In this document: piece after piece, positions 8,708 through 17,013 of the stretch
Position numbering within the stretch: position 1 is the stretch's first letter
Layout of the letters: the number at the start of each line of letters is the position of its first letter
From: an uncultured Gammaproteobacteria bacterium
GTDB lineage: Bacteria; Pseudomonadota; Gammaproteobacteria; Magnimaribacterales; TMED112
Assembly: GCA_964575305.1 (NCBI GenBank)
Contig: CAZNPG010000005.1
Span: forward strand, 505 to 64,504
Direction: 5' to 3'
DNA: 64,000 nucleotides
Position numbers and translations under genes: made by a program
Notes under the pieces: model-generated
Told to the model about the DNA's origin: nothing
Seen by the model: only the letters and a program-made list of their open reading frames with translations
Database searches by the model: none

Positions 8708-9644
8708 AATAGGCTCAAAAATCTCAAACTGGTACGCACGTAATGGTAGGCAAAATCTTCCATGGAGAGAGAATGTAACTCCCTATAGAGTTTGGATTTC
8801 TGAAATCATGCTACAGCAAACACAAGTGAATGCAGCTATAAATTACTTCGATAGATTTATGGCTAAATATCCTGATCTAGAAGCAATAAAAGATGCATCT
8901 GAAGACGATATCTATTCTTTATGGAGTGGCCTTGGGTACTATCGAAGAGCAAGTTACATATATAGAACCAAAGAAATTATTCATAAAGAATTTTCAGGGA
9001 AAATGCCGGAACGTTATGAGGACATTATATCTCTTCCAGGTATCGGAAAATCGACAGCTGGCGCTATTTTATCAATTGCTTTTAATAGGCCCTATCCAAT
9101 TTTAGATGCAAATGTAAAAAAAGTTATTAGCAGAATATTCTATAAAAACTCTTTTGATGAAAAGTCTTTCTGGAAACTATCTGAACAGATTCTAGATAAA
9201 AAAAATCTATTTATGTACCAACAAGGGGTAATGGATCTTGGGTCACAGCTTTGTTTGCCTAAAAATCCAAAATGTATTGCTTGCCCTGTTAATAAAAATT
9301 GCTTATCGAACATCAAAGGGAAATATCCTGTGCTTACAAAAAAGAAAATAAAGAGAAAAAAAGAATATCTACAATTTAGTGTGATTAAGAAAAATAAAAA
9401 ATATTTTTTAACGAAGAATAATGCTTTAGGTTATTGGAAAAACTTATGGATGCCTCCAGTTACAAAAAATAATTTTACTGATGTTGATGTTACACATAAT
9501 CTCTCTCATCGAGAGCTGAATATTTCTTTTGTTGAAATACCTGATTACAACCAAAAAATAGAGGGTAAATGGTTTTCTACACATGAAATCAAAAATATTG
9601 CTATACCCAAGCCAATTTTTGATAAATTAATAATTAATGAATAA
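8685..9644 (+). CDS. mutY: A/G-specific adenine DNA glycosylase
   Basis: [33 protein letters not shown], the HhH element [12 protein letters not shown] and the 4Fe-4S cluster [17 protein letters not shown]. Confidence 0.9.
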   Translation: MEATQEFKIGSKISNWYARNGRQNLPWRENVTPYRVWISEIMLQQTQVNAAINYFDRFMAKYPDLEAIKDASEDDIYSLWSGLGYYRRASYIYRTKEIIHKEFSGKMPERYEDIISLPGIGKSTAGAILSIAFNRPYPILDANVKKVISRIFYKNSFDEKSFWKLSEQILDKKNLFMYQQGVMDLGSQLCLPKNPKCIACPVNKNCLSNIKGKYPVLTKKKIKRKKEYLQFSVIKKNKKYFLTKNNALGYWKNLWMPPVTKNNFTDVDVTHNLSHRELNISFVEIPDYNQKIEGKWFSTHEIKNIAIPKPIFDKLIINE

Positions 9645-9903
9645 AGTTTTTTGCCAAAAATATAAAAAAGAGCTGGATGCTATGCTTCATCCACCTATGC
9701 CTGGGCCAAAAGGTGACGAAATAAAGCAAAACTTTTCTCAAAAAGCATGGGATGAATGGATCTCACTTCAAACTATGCTTATAAATGAAAAACATCTAGA
9801 CCTATCTGTTAAAGACAATAGAAAATGGCTTAATGAGCAAATGAATCTATTTTTGAGTAATGCAGAGTATGAAAAGCCCTCTGGATTTATCCCTCAATCA
9901 TAA
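9637..9903 (+). CDS. yggX: Fe(2+)-trafficking / oxidative damage protection protein YggX
   Basis: 88 aa with VFCQKYKKELDAM..PPMPGPKGDEI..SQKAWDEWISLQTMLINEKHL. It lies directly after mutY, as in E. coli. Confidence 0.85.
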   Translation: MNKVFCQKYKKELDAMLHPPMPGPKGDEIKQNFSQKAWDEWISLQTMLINEKHLDLSVKDNRKWLNEQMNLFLSNAEYEKPSGFIPQS

Positions 9904-11034
9904 CTATTCTTCTGTATTTTCTAACCTAATACTTGAAGAAGAGATATCCTCTCTGAATATATTCTCACCAAAACCTTTAAATAAGCTTTTAATTGAATCT
10001 GGAATATTCACATCCTTTAATTCAAGAAATTTATTTTGATATTTCCTACCAAATACTAAGAAACCTATACTGTTTTGATTGAATATATCAAACTCCGCCA
10101 GCATATCGCTTCTACTTGCATAGAATCTTTCATCAAAGATTCTTACCAAAGTATCGGCGCCAATTATAAAAGTGCTGTTTGGAAATAATCTTGCTTTGTC
10201 TGAAAATTTTCCAGCTTTGGTTAGCACCCAGTTTTGTGAACTCTTAAATTGTGCAATGGTTTTATCTATTTGGTGATAGCTCAATGGAGGCTTATCAACA
10301 TTTTGAATGCATATCTCAAAGAATGTTTTTTCACCTGTTTCTTGCTCTGCTAATTTACTCATTGCTTCATGGCCATCATGTAATGGATTAAAGGCACCAG
10401 GAAAAATTAATTTTGGCTGATCATCAGATGAAGGCACATATTCAATTTGTTCTGACATTAAGTTTGCCCATGCCTTATCTGCATTAATGTTTATGTACTC
10501 AGGAAGTTCATTAATTACTGGGTACTCAAATTTGAATTCACAGCATTCAGATATCAGAGCAATTACAAATTTAGTGACTAGTTCTTCTTCTTGCTCTCTT
10601 GTTCTTTTGCCCTTTTCCAATACACATGATATCGACTTTGAGAAATCTCTTGTTTGTACTGCAATATGAAATCTATGGTCGCCTTTTTTCTTATAATTCG
10701 TACTTAATGTTGCCGTAATAGCGACTCCAAATAAATTCTTGATATTTGATGTTTGATCAATTTTTTTCGCAGCACTATATGCTCTTGCAGCCATCCTTGT
10801 TGTGGTATCGAGCGAACAATAAGAATCAGGTTTCTTCATCAGATAAAAATCCAATGATTCTTTAGCATATGGGATATATGCTTCTAAAATAGAGTTACTT
10901 GCTCCAGGCACTTTTAATAAAGTTCCAATAGCGTTGCTGCCACCGCCACTTGAAACAATTACAAACTTGAAATCAGACTTATGTATTTCTGATATTGCTT
11001 TTTTTGTGACTTCTGAAAGATCCATGATTCTCAA
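9904..11034 (-). CDS. Two-domain protein: CinA-C/PncC-like domain fused to a NadD/NMNAT-like nucleotidyltransferase domain
   Basis: The N-terminal half (VSSGGGSNAIGTLLKVPGASNSILEAYIPYAKESL) is collinear with PncC ([36 protein letters not shown]). The C-terminal half has GAFNPLHDGHEAM (the (H/T)xGH motif) and a terminal ISSSSIR (the ISSTxIR motif). Confidence 0.6.
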   Translation of the reverse strand: MRIMDLSEVTKKAISEIHKSDFKFVIVSSGGGSNAIGTLLKVPGASNSILEAYIPYAKESLDFYLMKKPDSYCSLDTTTRMAARAYSAAKKIDQTSNIKNLFGVAITATLSTNYKKKGDHRFHIAVQTRDFSKSISCVLEKGKRTREQEEELVTKFVIALISECCEFKFEYPVINELPEYININADKAWANLMSEQIEYVPSSDDQPKLIFPGAFNPLHDGHEAMSKLAEQETGEKTFFEICIQNVDKPPLSYHQIDKTIAQFKSSQNWVLTKAGKFSDKARLFPNSTFIIGADTLVRIFDERFYASRSDMLAEFDIFNQNSIGFLVFGRKYQNKFLELKDVNIPDSIKSLFKGFGENIFREDISSSSIRLENTEE

Positions 11035-11061
11035 ATGACCATAATATATTAAAATCCCTTT

Positions 11062-13131
11062 ATGAAAAAAATTTATTTAATGCTCCCTCTTTTTTTAATG
11101 GGCTGTAATGTCTCAGATTTTGACTATCCAGAATCAGAGAAAAAATCCTTATCGTATATTGCACATGATGAAATTATTCAAGATCCATACTTGTACATGG
11201 AAGAATGTCAAAACACTGAAGTAATAGAGTGGTCTGAAGCACAAAATAACTTCACCAACGAATACATTAGTGGGCCAAAATTTGAAAATTTGCACCAACA
11301 AATTTCAGAAGCATATTCATCGGAATATTATTCCATGGAATACTTTGCTGATGAGAGTAATTACTATTATTACAATTCTGGTAAAAGCCAGCATAATCAA
11401 TATGTTAGAAAGAATGATAATAGGGTAATTTTAGATCCTGATTCGTGGTCAGATGACCAAACTTTAAATCTAGCAAGCGTATCTTTAAGTCCAGATGAAA
11501 AATATTTAGCCTATAGCGTTTCAGATGGGGGTGTTGATTGGCGAACAATCTACCTAATTGATCTTGAGACAATGCAGAAGCTTGATTTTGAGGTTTCAGA
11601 AGTTAAGTTCTCTTCAATCGATTGGGATAAAGATTCTAAAGGATTTTACTACAACAAATATCCAAAACCAGATGAAAAAAATAGACTCTGTGAACCAAGC
11701 TTAAATGCTGCTATTTACTATTTTGATATTGAGTCAGGGGAAAAAACTCTTTTCTATGGCGAGAGCAATCCTGAAGAGAATTATACCCTCAGCTTTGTTG
11801 GTGAGAATAATTTACCACTAATAAGAGTAATTAATGGTTCGGAAGAAGAGAATCACTACATTATTAAGCAGGATAATTCTTGGTCACTGGTCACACCTAA
11901 AAATGTGGCAAGTTTTAGTTATCAAGGAGATGATGATGAAGGCCTGTTCTTTATAACTAACTATGAAGCACCCAATTATCGATTAGTAAAAATGCTTTTT
12001 AGCGGCGAAATGATCGATATTATTCCCGAATCACAATTCGCATTAAAAAACGTAAGTATTCAAGAAGATTTTATTATTGCAGATTCTATCAATGCCAATA
12101 TGAATTCATTAATTAAGTTTTATTCCTTAGAAGGTGGAGATTTGGATCACATCATTCCTAATGAGATACAGGGCACCCTAAGTTCCTTTAGTATGCAGAA
12201 TGAAAAACTTCGGTTTTCTGTATCGGGTTTTACAACACCAACTAGATACGTTGACTTGAACCTAGAAACTCAAGAATTCAATATAGTCTGGGAAGATAAG
12301 GTTTCAAACTTTAACCCTAATGATTATCAGGAAACTTTTGCTTACTACGATAGTAAGGATGGAACAAAGATACCACTGACATATTTTCATAGAAAAGATA
12401 CTAGTATCAATGCCAATACTCCAGTTTTCCTCTATGGATATGGTGGTTATAACATCTCAATAAGACCTTCTTTTAGTCGAAAATATGTTGGTTGGCTTGA
12501 GTTAGGTGGAGTAATAGCTATAGCAAACTTAAGAGGAGGCGGAGAGCTGGGTAAAAATTGGCATGATGCCGGCCGCTTAACAAAAAAACAAAATGTTTTT
12601 GATGATTTTATATACGCTTCAAAATTCTTGGAACAAAATGGAGTTGGCAATAGAAAATCAACAGTAATTAGTGGCAGATCTAATGGCGGCTTACTTGTAG
12701 GAACATCATTAGTACAAAATCCAAATTATTTTGGCGCAACTCTACCAGCAGTTGGTGTATTGGATATGCTCAGATTTACAGAATTTACCGAAGGCTGGGG
12801 TTGGCGTGGTGATTATGGCAGCCCGTTATTAAACAAAGCTGATTTCGATTTTAATATTGAGATTTCACCCTACCATCAGCTTAAAGAAGGAGAATGTTAT
12901 TCACCCACCCTTGTAACAACTGCTAGGAGAGATGATAGAGTTGTGCCATCACACTCTTATAAATTCGTAGCAAGGATACAAGAATTTCAAGGTTGTAATA
13001 ATCCAGTAATGCTATTGGATACTGTTCGAGCTGGTCATGGATCTGGTGGTGGTGCAGCTATGCCTAAATGGAAAAGAATAGAGTTGTTTTCTTCTGAGCA
13101 AGCCTTTGCTTTGAAGCATGTTAGCAGTTAA
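11062..13131 (+). CDS. Prolyl oligopeptidase (S9A), probable lipoprotein
   Basis: Lipobox LFLMGC. The N-terminal portion has the size and pattern of a beta-propeller. The C-terminal domain has GGYNIS..ANLRGGGELGKNWH, the nucleophile GRSNGGLL, and DDRV..H. Confidence 0.85.
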   Translation: MKKIYLMLPLFLMGCNVSDFDYPESEKKSLSYIAHDEIIQDPYLYMEECQNTEVIEWSEAQNNFTNEYISGPKFENLHQQISEAYSSEYYSMEYFADESNYYYYNSGKSQHNQYVRKNDNRVILDPDSWSDDQTLNLASVSLSPDEKYLAYSVSDGGVDWRTIYLIDLETMQKLDFEVSEVKFSSIDWDKDSKGFYYNKYPKPDEKNRLCEPSLNAAIYYFDIESGEKTLFYGESNPEENYTLSFVGENNLPLIRVINGSEEENHYIIKQDNSWSLVTPKNVASFSYQGDDDEGLFFITNYEAPNYRLVKMLFSGEMIDIIPESQFALKNVSIQEDFIIADSINANMNSLIKFYSLEGGDLDHIIPNEIQGTLSSFSMQNEKLRFSVSGFTTPTRYVDLNLETQEFNIVWEDKVSNFNPNDYQETFAYYDSKDGTKIPLTYFHRKDTSINANTPVFLYGYGGYNISIRPSFSRKYVGWLELGGVIAIANLRGGGELGKNWHDAGRLTKKQNVFDDFIYASKFLEQNGVGNRKSTVISGRSNGGLLVGTSLVQNPNYFGATLPAVGVLDMLRFTEFTEGWGWRGDYGSPLLNKADFDFNIEISPYHQLKEGECYSPTLVTTARRDDRVVPSHSYKFVARIQEFQGCNNPVMLLDTVRAGHGSGGGAAMPKWKRIELFSSEQAFALKHVSS

Positions 13132-13146
13132 TATATTTGATCTTGT

Positions 13147-13222
13147 GCCCAGATAGCTCAGTTGGTAGAGCAAAGGACTGAAAATCCTTGTGTCGGTAGT
13201 TCGATTCTACCTCTGGGCACCA
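13147..13222 (+). tRNA. tRNA-Phe (GAA)
   Basis: GCCCAGATAGCTCAGTTGGTAGAGCAAAGGACTGAAAATCCTTGTGTCGGTAGTTCGATTCTACCTCTGGGCACCA folds as a cloverleaf by eye. The anticodon loop is CUGAAAA, CCA is encoded, and it is near-identical in layout to E. coli tRNA-Phe. Confidence 0.97.
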
Positions 13223-13335
13223 ATTTTAATTATGCAAGCAATTAAAGTTTTCTTCGCCACCTACCTTTCAAAGGTAACTGTTTTCTTTCTTAACATTTAT
13301 ATGAAAAGTCAGGCCAAAAAATCAAAGGAATAATT

Positions 13336-14349
13336 ATGAATTATAAAAATACTCGATATTTGCTAAATAAAAGACCAATAGGCATGCCTGAAGATGATTG
13401 TTGGGCTATTGATGAAGAAGTAATTACAACCTTAGAAAATAATGAGATTCTTATAAAAGTAGACTACTTATCAATTGACCCTTATATGCGCGGAAGGATG
13501 AATGATGGAATGTCCTATGCTGCACCTGTAAAGTTGGGTGAAGTCATGGTTGGTGAAAGTGTTGGCAAAGTTGTTGAGTCTAAGTCCAATAAATATAAAG
13601 TCGGTGATCTAGTTACTGTTCATAAGGGCTGGCAAACTCATATTAAGGCTAAAGATTCTGAAGCAACAATCTTAAAAGTGCCTGATAGTGACCTTCCCAG
13701 CAGTGTCTTTCTTGGAACGCTAGGCATGCCTGGCAGGACAGCTTTTTATGGCCTAAATAGGGTTGGCATGCCCAAAGCAGGTGAGACATTAGTAGTCTCT
13801 GCAGCATCAGGAGCGGTTGGAAGTGTTGTAGGCCAGCTTGGTAAGTTAGCAGGTTGCCACGTAGTTGGTGTTGCTGGTGGGCCTGAAAAATCAGAATATG
13901 TTAGGAATTCTCTAAAATTTGACCATTGCATTGATTACAAAAATGATAATGTCTTAGAACTGCTGAAAGAGTATTGTCCAAATGGCATTGATATTTATTT
14001 TGAAAATGTTGGTGGCGAGCTTACAAAAAATGTTGCACAACTTCTTAACAAAGGCGCACGTGTACCAGTATGTGGCTTTATCTCAAAATATAATTCCAAA
14101 GATATAAGGTCTGAAGAAACTCCTTTTCATGTCTTGGGAGCTTTAAAACCAAAACCTAAGCATAGATTTTTTGTCGTGACCGAGTGGATGAATGAATTTG
14201 AAAAAACGACATCAGTTCTTCATGAGCATGTAAGAAATGGAGATATTAAATACAGAGAAACCGTTACCGATGGATTCCAAAATGCTCCACAAGCATTAAG
14301 AGATGTTCTAAGTGGCAAGAACTTTGGCAAACAAATAATAAAAATCTAA
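13336..14349 (+). CDS. NADP-dependent alkenal/enone oxidoreductase (MDR family, YncB/CurA/PTGR1-like)
   Basis: LSIDPYMRGRM, GMPGRTAFYGL and the Rossmann motif VSAASGAVGSVVGQLGK. Confidence 0.8.
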   Translation: MNYKNTRYLLNKRPIGMPEDDCWAIDEEVITTLENNEILIKVDYLSIDPYMRGRMNDGMSYAAPVKLGEVMVGESVGKVVESKSNKYKVGDLVTVHKGWQTHIKAKDSEATILKVPDSDLPSSVFLGTLGMPGRTAFYGLNRVGMPKAGETLVVSAASGAVGSVVGQLGKLAGCHVVGVAGGPEKSEYVRNSLKFDHCIDYKNDNVLELLKEYCPNGIDIYFENVGGELTKNVAQLLNKGARVPVCGFISKYNSKDIRSEETPFHVLGALKPKPKHRFFVVTEWMNEFEKTTSVLHEHVRNGDIKYRETVTDGFQNAPQALRDVLSGKNFGKQIIKI

Positions 14350-14366
14350 TTTATAAGTTCAAAAGA

Positions 14367-14386
14367 CTAAATATCCCTATATTTAG
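14367..14386 (+). terminator. Weak AT-rich hairpin after the oxidoreductase gene
   Basis: CUAAAUAU-CCCU-AUAUUUAG (8 bp, all A/U except the ends), with a T-run about 20 nt further on. Low stability. Confidence 0.25.
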
Positions 14387-14417
14387 CGGGCTATATTGTT
14401 TTAAAACGCTATTTTTT

Positions 14418-14447
14418 TTGACAACTTGTTTACAATGTATATATAAA
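14418..14447 (+). promoter_or_regulatory. Sigma70-like promoter candidate for the small ORF / His-rich receptor unit
   Basis: Perfect TTGACA (14418-14423), an 18-nt spacer, then TATAAA. GTTTACAA occurs twice (near 14428 and 14466), flanking the -10 region. Confidence 0.4.
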
Positions 14448-14463
14448 TACTAATATTTACGAA

Positions 14464-14739
14464 ATGTTTACAAAAAAGAGTTTTTTACTATTTTTACTAG
14501 CTTTTAGCTTTTCTTCTTTATTGAGCTTAGAGCATCTTAATCATATTGATAGCCATGGTTCAATTGAAACTCATGAACTTGATTGTGAGTATAGTGAAAA
14601 TTCAAAAGCTCCTAAGTTAAATGTAAACGTATTCACCGTTTCTTTTTTTCCTATAGAGATTTTTTACCTTATTAATCTGAATATTCATAACCCTCTATTA
14701 GAAAAGAATTTTAAGAGTAGGGCGCCCCCTCAAAGATAA
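14464..14739 (+). CDS. Hypothetical small exported protein with a His-containing segment
   Basis: Signal-peptide-like N-terminus MFTKKSFLLFLLAFSFSSLLS, then EHLNHIDSHGSIETHELDCEYSE. There is no obvious SD, and no family was recognised. Its position directly upstream of the receptor is the main support. Confidence 0.3.
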   Translation: MFTKKSFLLFLLAFSFSSLLSLEHLNHIDSHGSIETHELDCEYSENSKAPKLNVNVFTVSFFPIEIFYLINLNIHNPLLEKNFKSRAPPQR

Positions 14740-14782
14740 ACGTTCTACCCAACCAAAATTTTAATTTTACAAGGAGGTTTAT

Positions 14783-16972
14783 ATGAAAAATTATTATTTA
14801 GCACTTATGGTGAGTGCACTACTAACACTAAATATTTATGCTGATGATGTTGAAGAAGTTGTCGTGACTTCAGCCCTTACATCTCAGAGTGCTAGTGATC
14901 TAAAAGATCCACTACATGTAGTAGATGGAGATGATGTTGCAACAGGAGGAATTCAATCTCTTGGTGAAACTGTTGATGAGCTTTTAGGTGTACATGCAGC
15001 AGATTTTGGAGCAGCAGTTGGTCAACCTGTTGTAAGAGGTATGTCAGGATCTAGAGTTCGAGTTCTAGAAAATGGCGTTGTTGTTAGAGACGTAGCAGCA
15101 CTTGGCCCAGACCATATTAATGACGTTAATTTATTGAATACTCAACAAATTGAAGTTGTAAAAGGTCCGTCATCTTTGCTTTATGCAAATGGTGGTGCAG
15201 GTGGTGTTATTAACGTTGTTGATAATAGCATTGCAACAACAGATTTTACTAAGCGTACTATAAGCGTTGGAGCAGAGACTCAATCAGTTAATAACGGCGA
15301 AGCAAAAAACTTTAGTTATGAAAACAATGTTTCAGGATTTAATGTAACTTTTGCAGCATCAGATTCATTATTTGAAAATTATGAATTGCCTGGTGGCGCT
15401 CTATATCCAGAAGAACATCATGATGAAGATCATTCTGATAGCGAAGGTGATGAAGAGCATGATGAAGCAAGTCTTAAATTCTTAGAAAATTCTGATGTTG
15501 AAAATACTTATACAAAGTTTGGTGTATCTAGGACAGGTGATTGGGGTTATGTAGGTTTCTCATACTCTGATAATGAAGGAGTAATGGGTGTACCTTTTCA
15601 TGTGGAAGCACATGGAGAGCATGATGATGATCACGCTGAAAGCGAGGATGAACATGATGAACACGAAGGTGAAAGAATTTTTTCTCAAATAGACTCAAAT
15701 AAGTTTGATATAAAAGGTTCTTTTAATACTAACGGCTATTCTCTTGTAAATAAGGTTGATTTTTCTTTTAGAGATAGCAGTTACTCTCATCTTGAGGGTC
15801 ATGCTGAAGAAGAAGGCCATGATGAAGATCATTCTGAAAGTGAGGAAGATGGACATGGTCATGAAGAACCTACACTTTTTGAAACTGATGCAACTGAGTT
15901 TGGTTTAATTTTTGATGTTGGATCTGACGATGTAACAAGAAAAGTTGTTGTTAATATTGCGGAGCAAGATTCTTCAATTATTGGTGAAGAAGCATTCATG
16001 CAACCTGTTTCAACTGAAGAAACAACAATGGGTTATTTCGTTGCAAGAGATTTTGGTTCTTATAGGCTTGACTATGGTTTTAGGTACGATGATATTTCTA
16101 GATCTGGTTCTGTTGCTCATCATGATGAGGATCACGCTGAAGATGAAGAAGGTGAGCTAGAGTATTACAATCAAAATTTAAATACTTTGAGCTATGCCCT
16201 TAATTTTGATCAGGACTTTTCTGAAAATCTTAGCGTTAATTTAGGATTATCAAGCTTTGAAAGAGCACCAGATGTGGTTGAGCTATTTATGAATGGCCCA
16301 CACTTAGCAACTGGAAGGTTTGAAATGGGAAATCCTAATTTAGATACTGAAACATCAAATAATGTAGATATTACTTTCAATTATCAGAAAGATAATATGT
16401 ACGCTACCTTTGCTTACTATCAGAATAGTGTGTCTAACTACATTTATTTGAAAGATGAAGAGCATGATGAAGATCATCATGATAGCGAAGGTGAAGAAGA
16501 GCATGGAGGTTTAATGCATGCTGAATTTGTTCAAGAGGATGCATCTCTAGAAGGTTACGAATTTGAAGTTGGTTCAACTCATCAACTTGCAAACGGAACT
16601 TTAGATCTTTCCTTTGGGAGAGATGTGGTTGAAGGCACACTTGATGCTGGAGGATTTATCCCAAGAATGGCACCTTCTAGAAACTTTTACTCAGCTTCAT
16701 ATTCAGAAAGCGACTATACTTTTTCTGCAGTCCTAAAAGATGTTGCAGATCATGACAATGTTGCTGAAGAAAATGAAACGATGACTGAAGGTTACAAAAT
16801 GTTGAACTTAAAACTTGTTAAAGACTATCAAATTGGCAAAGCAAATCTTAGAGTTGCTGCTTTTGCTAATAATGCACTTGATCAAGTAGCAAGAAACTCA
16901 ACATCTTTTGTTAAAGATGCTGTACCACTTCCAGGCAGGAATGTTGGTTTAAGCATTAGATTAACTTACTAA
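14783..16972 (+). CDS. TonB-dependent outer-membrane receptor with five His/Asp/Glu-rich insertions (ZnuD-like metal receptor candidate)
   Basis: Strong SD (AAGGAGG) and a signal peptide. The plug has GQPVVRGMSGSRVRVLENGVVVRD..GPDH..IEVVKGPSSLLYANGGAGGVINVV, and the C-terminal barrel ends ..GLSIRLTY. Five acidic/His cassettes are described under findings. Confidence 0.9.
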   Translation: MKNYYLALMVSALLTLNIYADDVEEVVVTSALTSQSASDLKDPLHVVDGDDVATGGIQSLGETVDELLGVHAADFGAAVGQPVVRGMSGSRVRVLENGVVVRDVAALGPDHINDVNLLNTQQIEVVKGPSSLLYANGGAGGVINVVDNSIATTDFTKRTISVGAETQSVNNGEAKNFSYENNVSGFNVTFAASDSLFENYELPGGALYPEEHHDEDHSDSEGDEEHDEASLKFLENSDVENTYTKFGVSRTGDWGYVGFSYSDNEGVMGVPFHVEAHGEHDDDHAESEDEHDEHEGERIFSQIDSNKFDIKGSFNTNGYSLVNKVDFSFRDSSYSHLEGHAEEEGHDEDHSESEEDGHGHEEPTLFETDATEFGLIFDVGSDDVTRKVVVNIAEQDSSIIGEEAFMQPVSTEETTMGYFVARDFGSYRLDYGFRYDDISRSGSVAHHDEDHAEDEEGELEYYNQNLNTLSYALNFDQDFSENLSVNLGLSSFERAPDVVELFMNGPHLATGRFEMGNPNLDTETSNNVDITFNYQKDNMYATFAYYQNSVSNYIYLKDEEHDEDHHDSEGEEEHGGLMHAEFVQEDASLEGYEFEVGSTHQLANGTLDLSFGRDVVEGTLDAGGFIPRMAPSRNFYSASYSESDYTFSAVLKDVADHDNVAEENETMTEGYKMLNLKLVKDYQIGKANLRVAAFANNALDQVARNSTSFVKDAVPLPGRNVGLSIRLTY

Positions 16973-16983
16973 TCTTTCTTTAT

Positions 16984-17013
16984 GACAGGGAATGGGTAAA
17001 ACCATTTCCTGTC
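16984..17013. terminator. Bidirectional hairpin between convergent genes
   Basis: GACAGGGAAUGG-GUAAAA-CCAUUUCCUGUC, a perfect 12-bp stem with T-rich flanks on both strands. It sits between the receptor stop (16972) and the convergent hydrolase stop (17013). Confidence 0.6.

Noticed and set aside
8893-9105. ORF 8893..9105 (+), and the many other 60-110-aa track ORFs nested in or antisense to larger genes (e.g. 3443..3772, 4954..5208, 7126..7317, 10487..10669, 12447..12650, 13746..13931, 19075..19263, 20715..21622, 23912..24382, 25991..26874, 27408..28048, 29240..29452, 30384..30662, 31973..32634, 36084..36964, 37524..37892, 38735..39007, 39766..41094, 41934..42764, 43658..44252, 45400..45588, 47547..47882, 48370..50249, 51021..51524, 52190..52456, 53627..55806, 56258..56608, 57028..57243, 59163..59653, 60401..61149, 62043..62246)
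   Set aside because: Each overlaps a longer ORF with clear family motifs, has skewed low-complexity composition, and lacks motifs of its own. I treat them as non-coding shadows.
13147-14349. tRNA-Phe as an integration site for a genomic island
   Set aside because: There is no integrase, no recombinase and no direct repeat of the tRNA 3' end that I could spot downstream. The following genes are ordinary metabolic genes.
15410-16504. Repeated CATGATGAAGATCAT-type DNA units as a CRISPR-like or tandem-repeat array
   Set aside because: The repeats are in frame inside a continuous receptor ORF, irregularly spaced and different in length. They are coding cassettes, not a CRISPR array or satellite.
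15945-16640. ORFs 15945..16160 (+) and 16434..16640 (-) inside the receptor gene
   Set aside because: They are out of frame or antisense within a well-supported 729-aa ORF, and have low-complexity composition.
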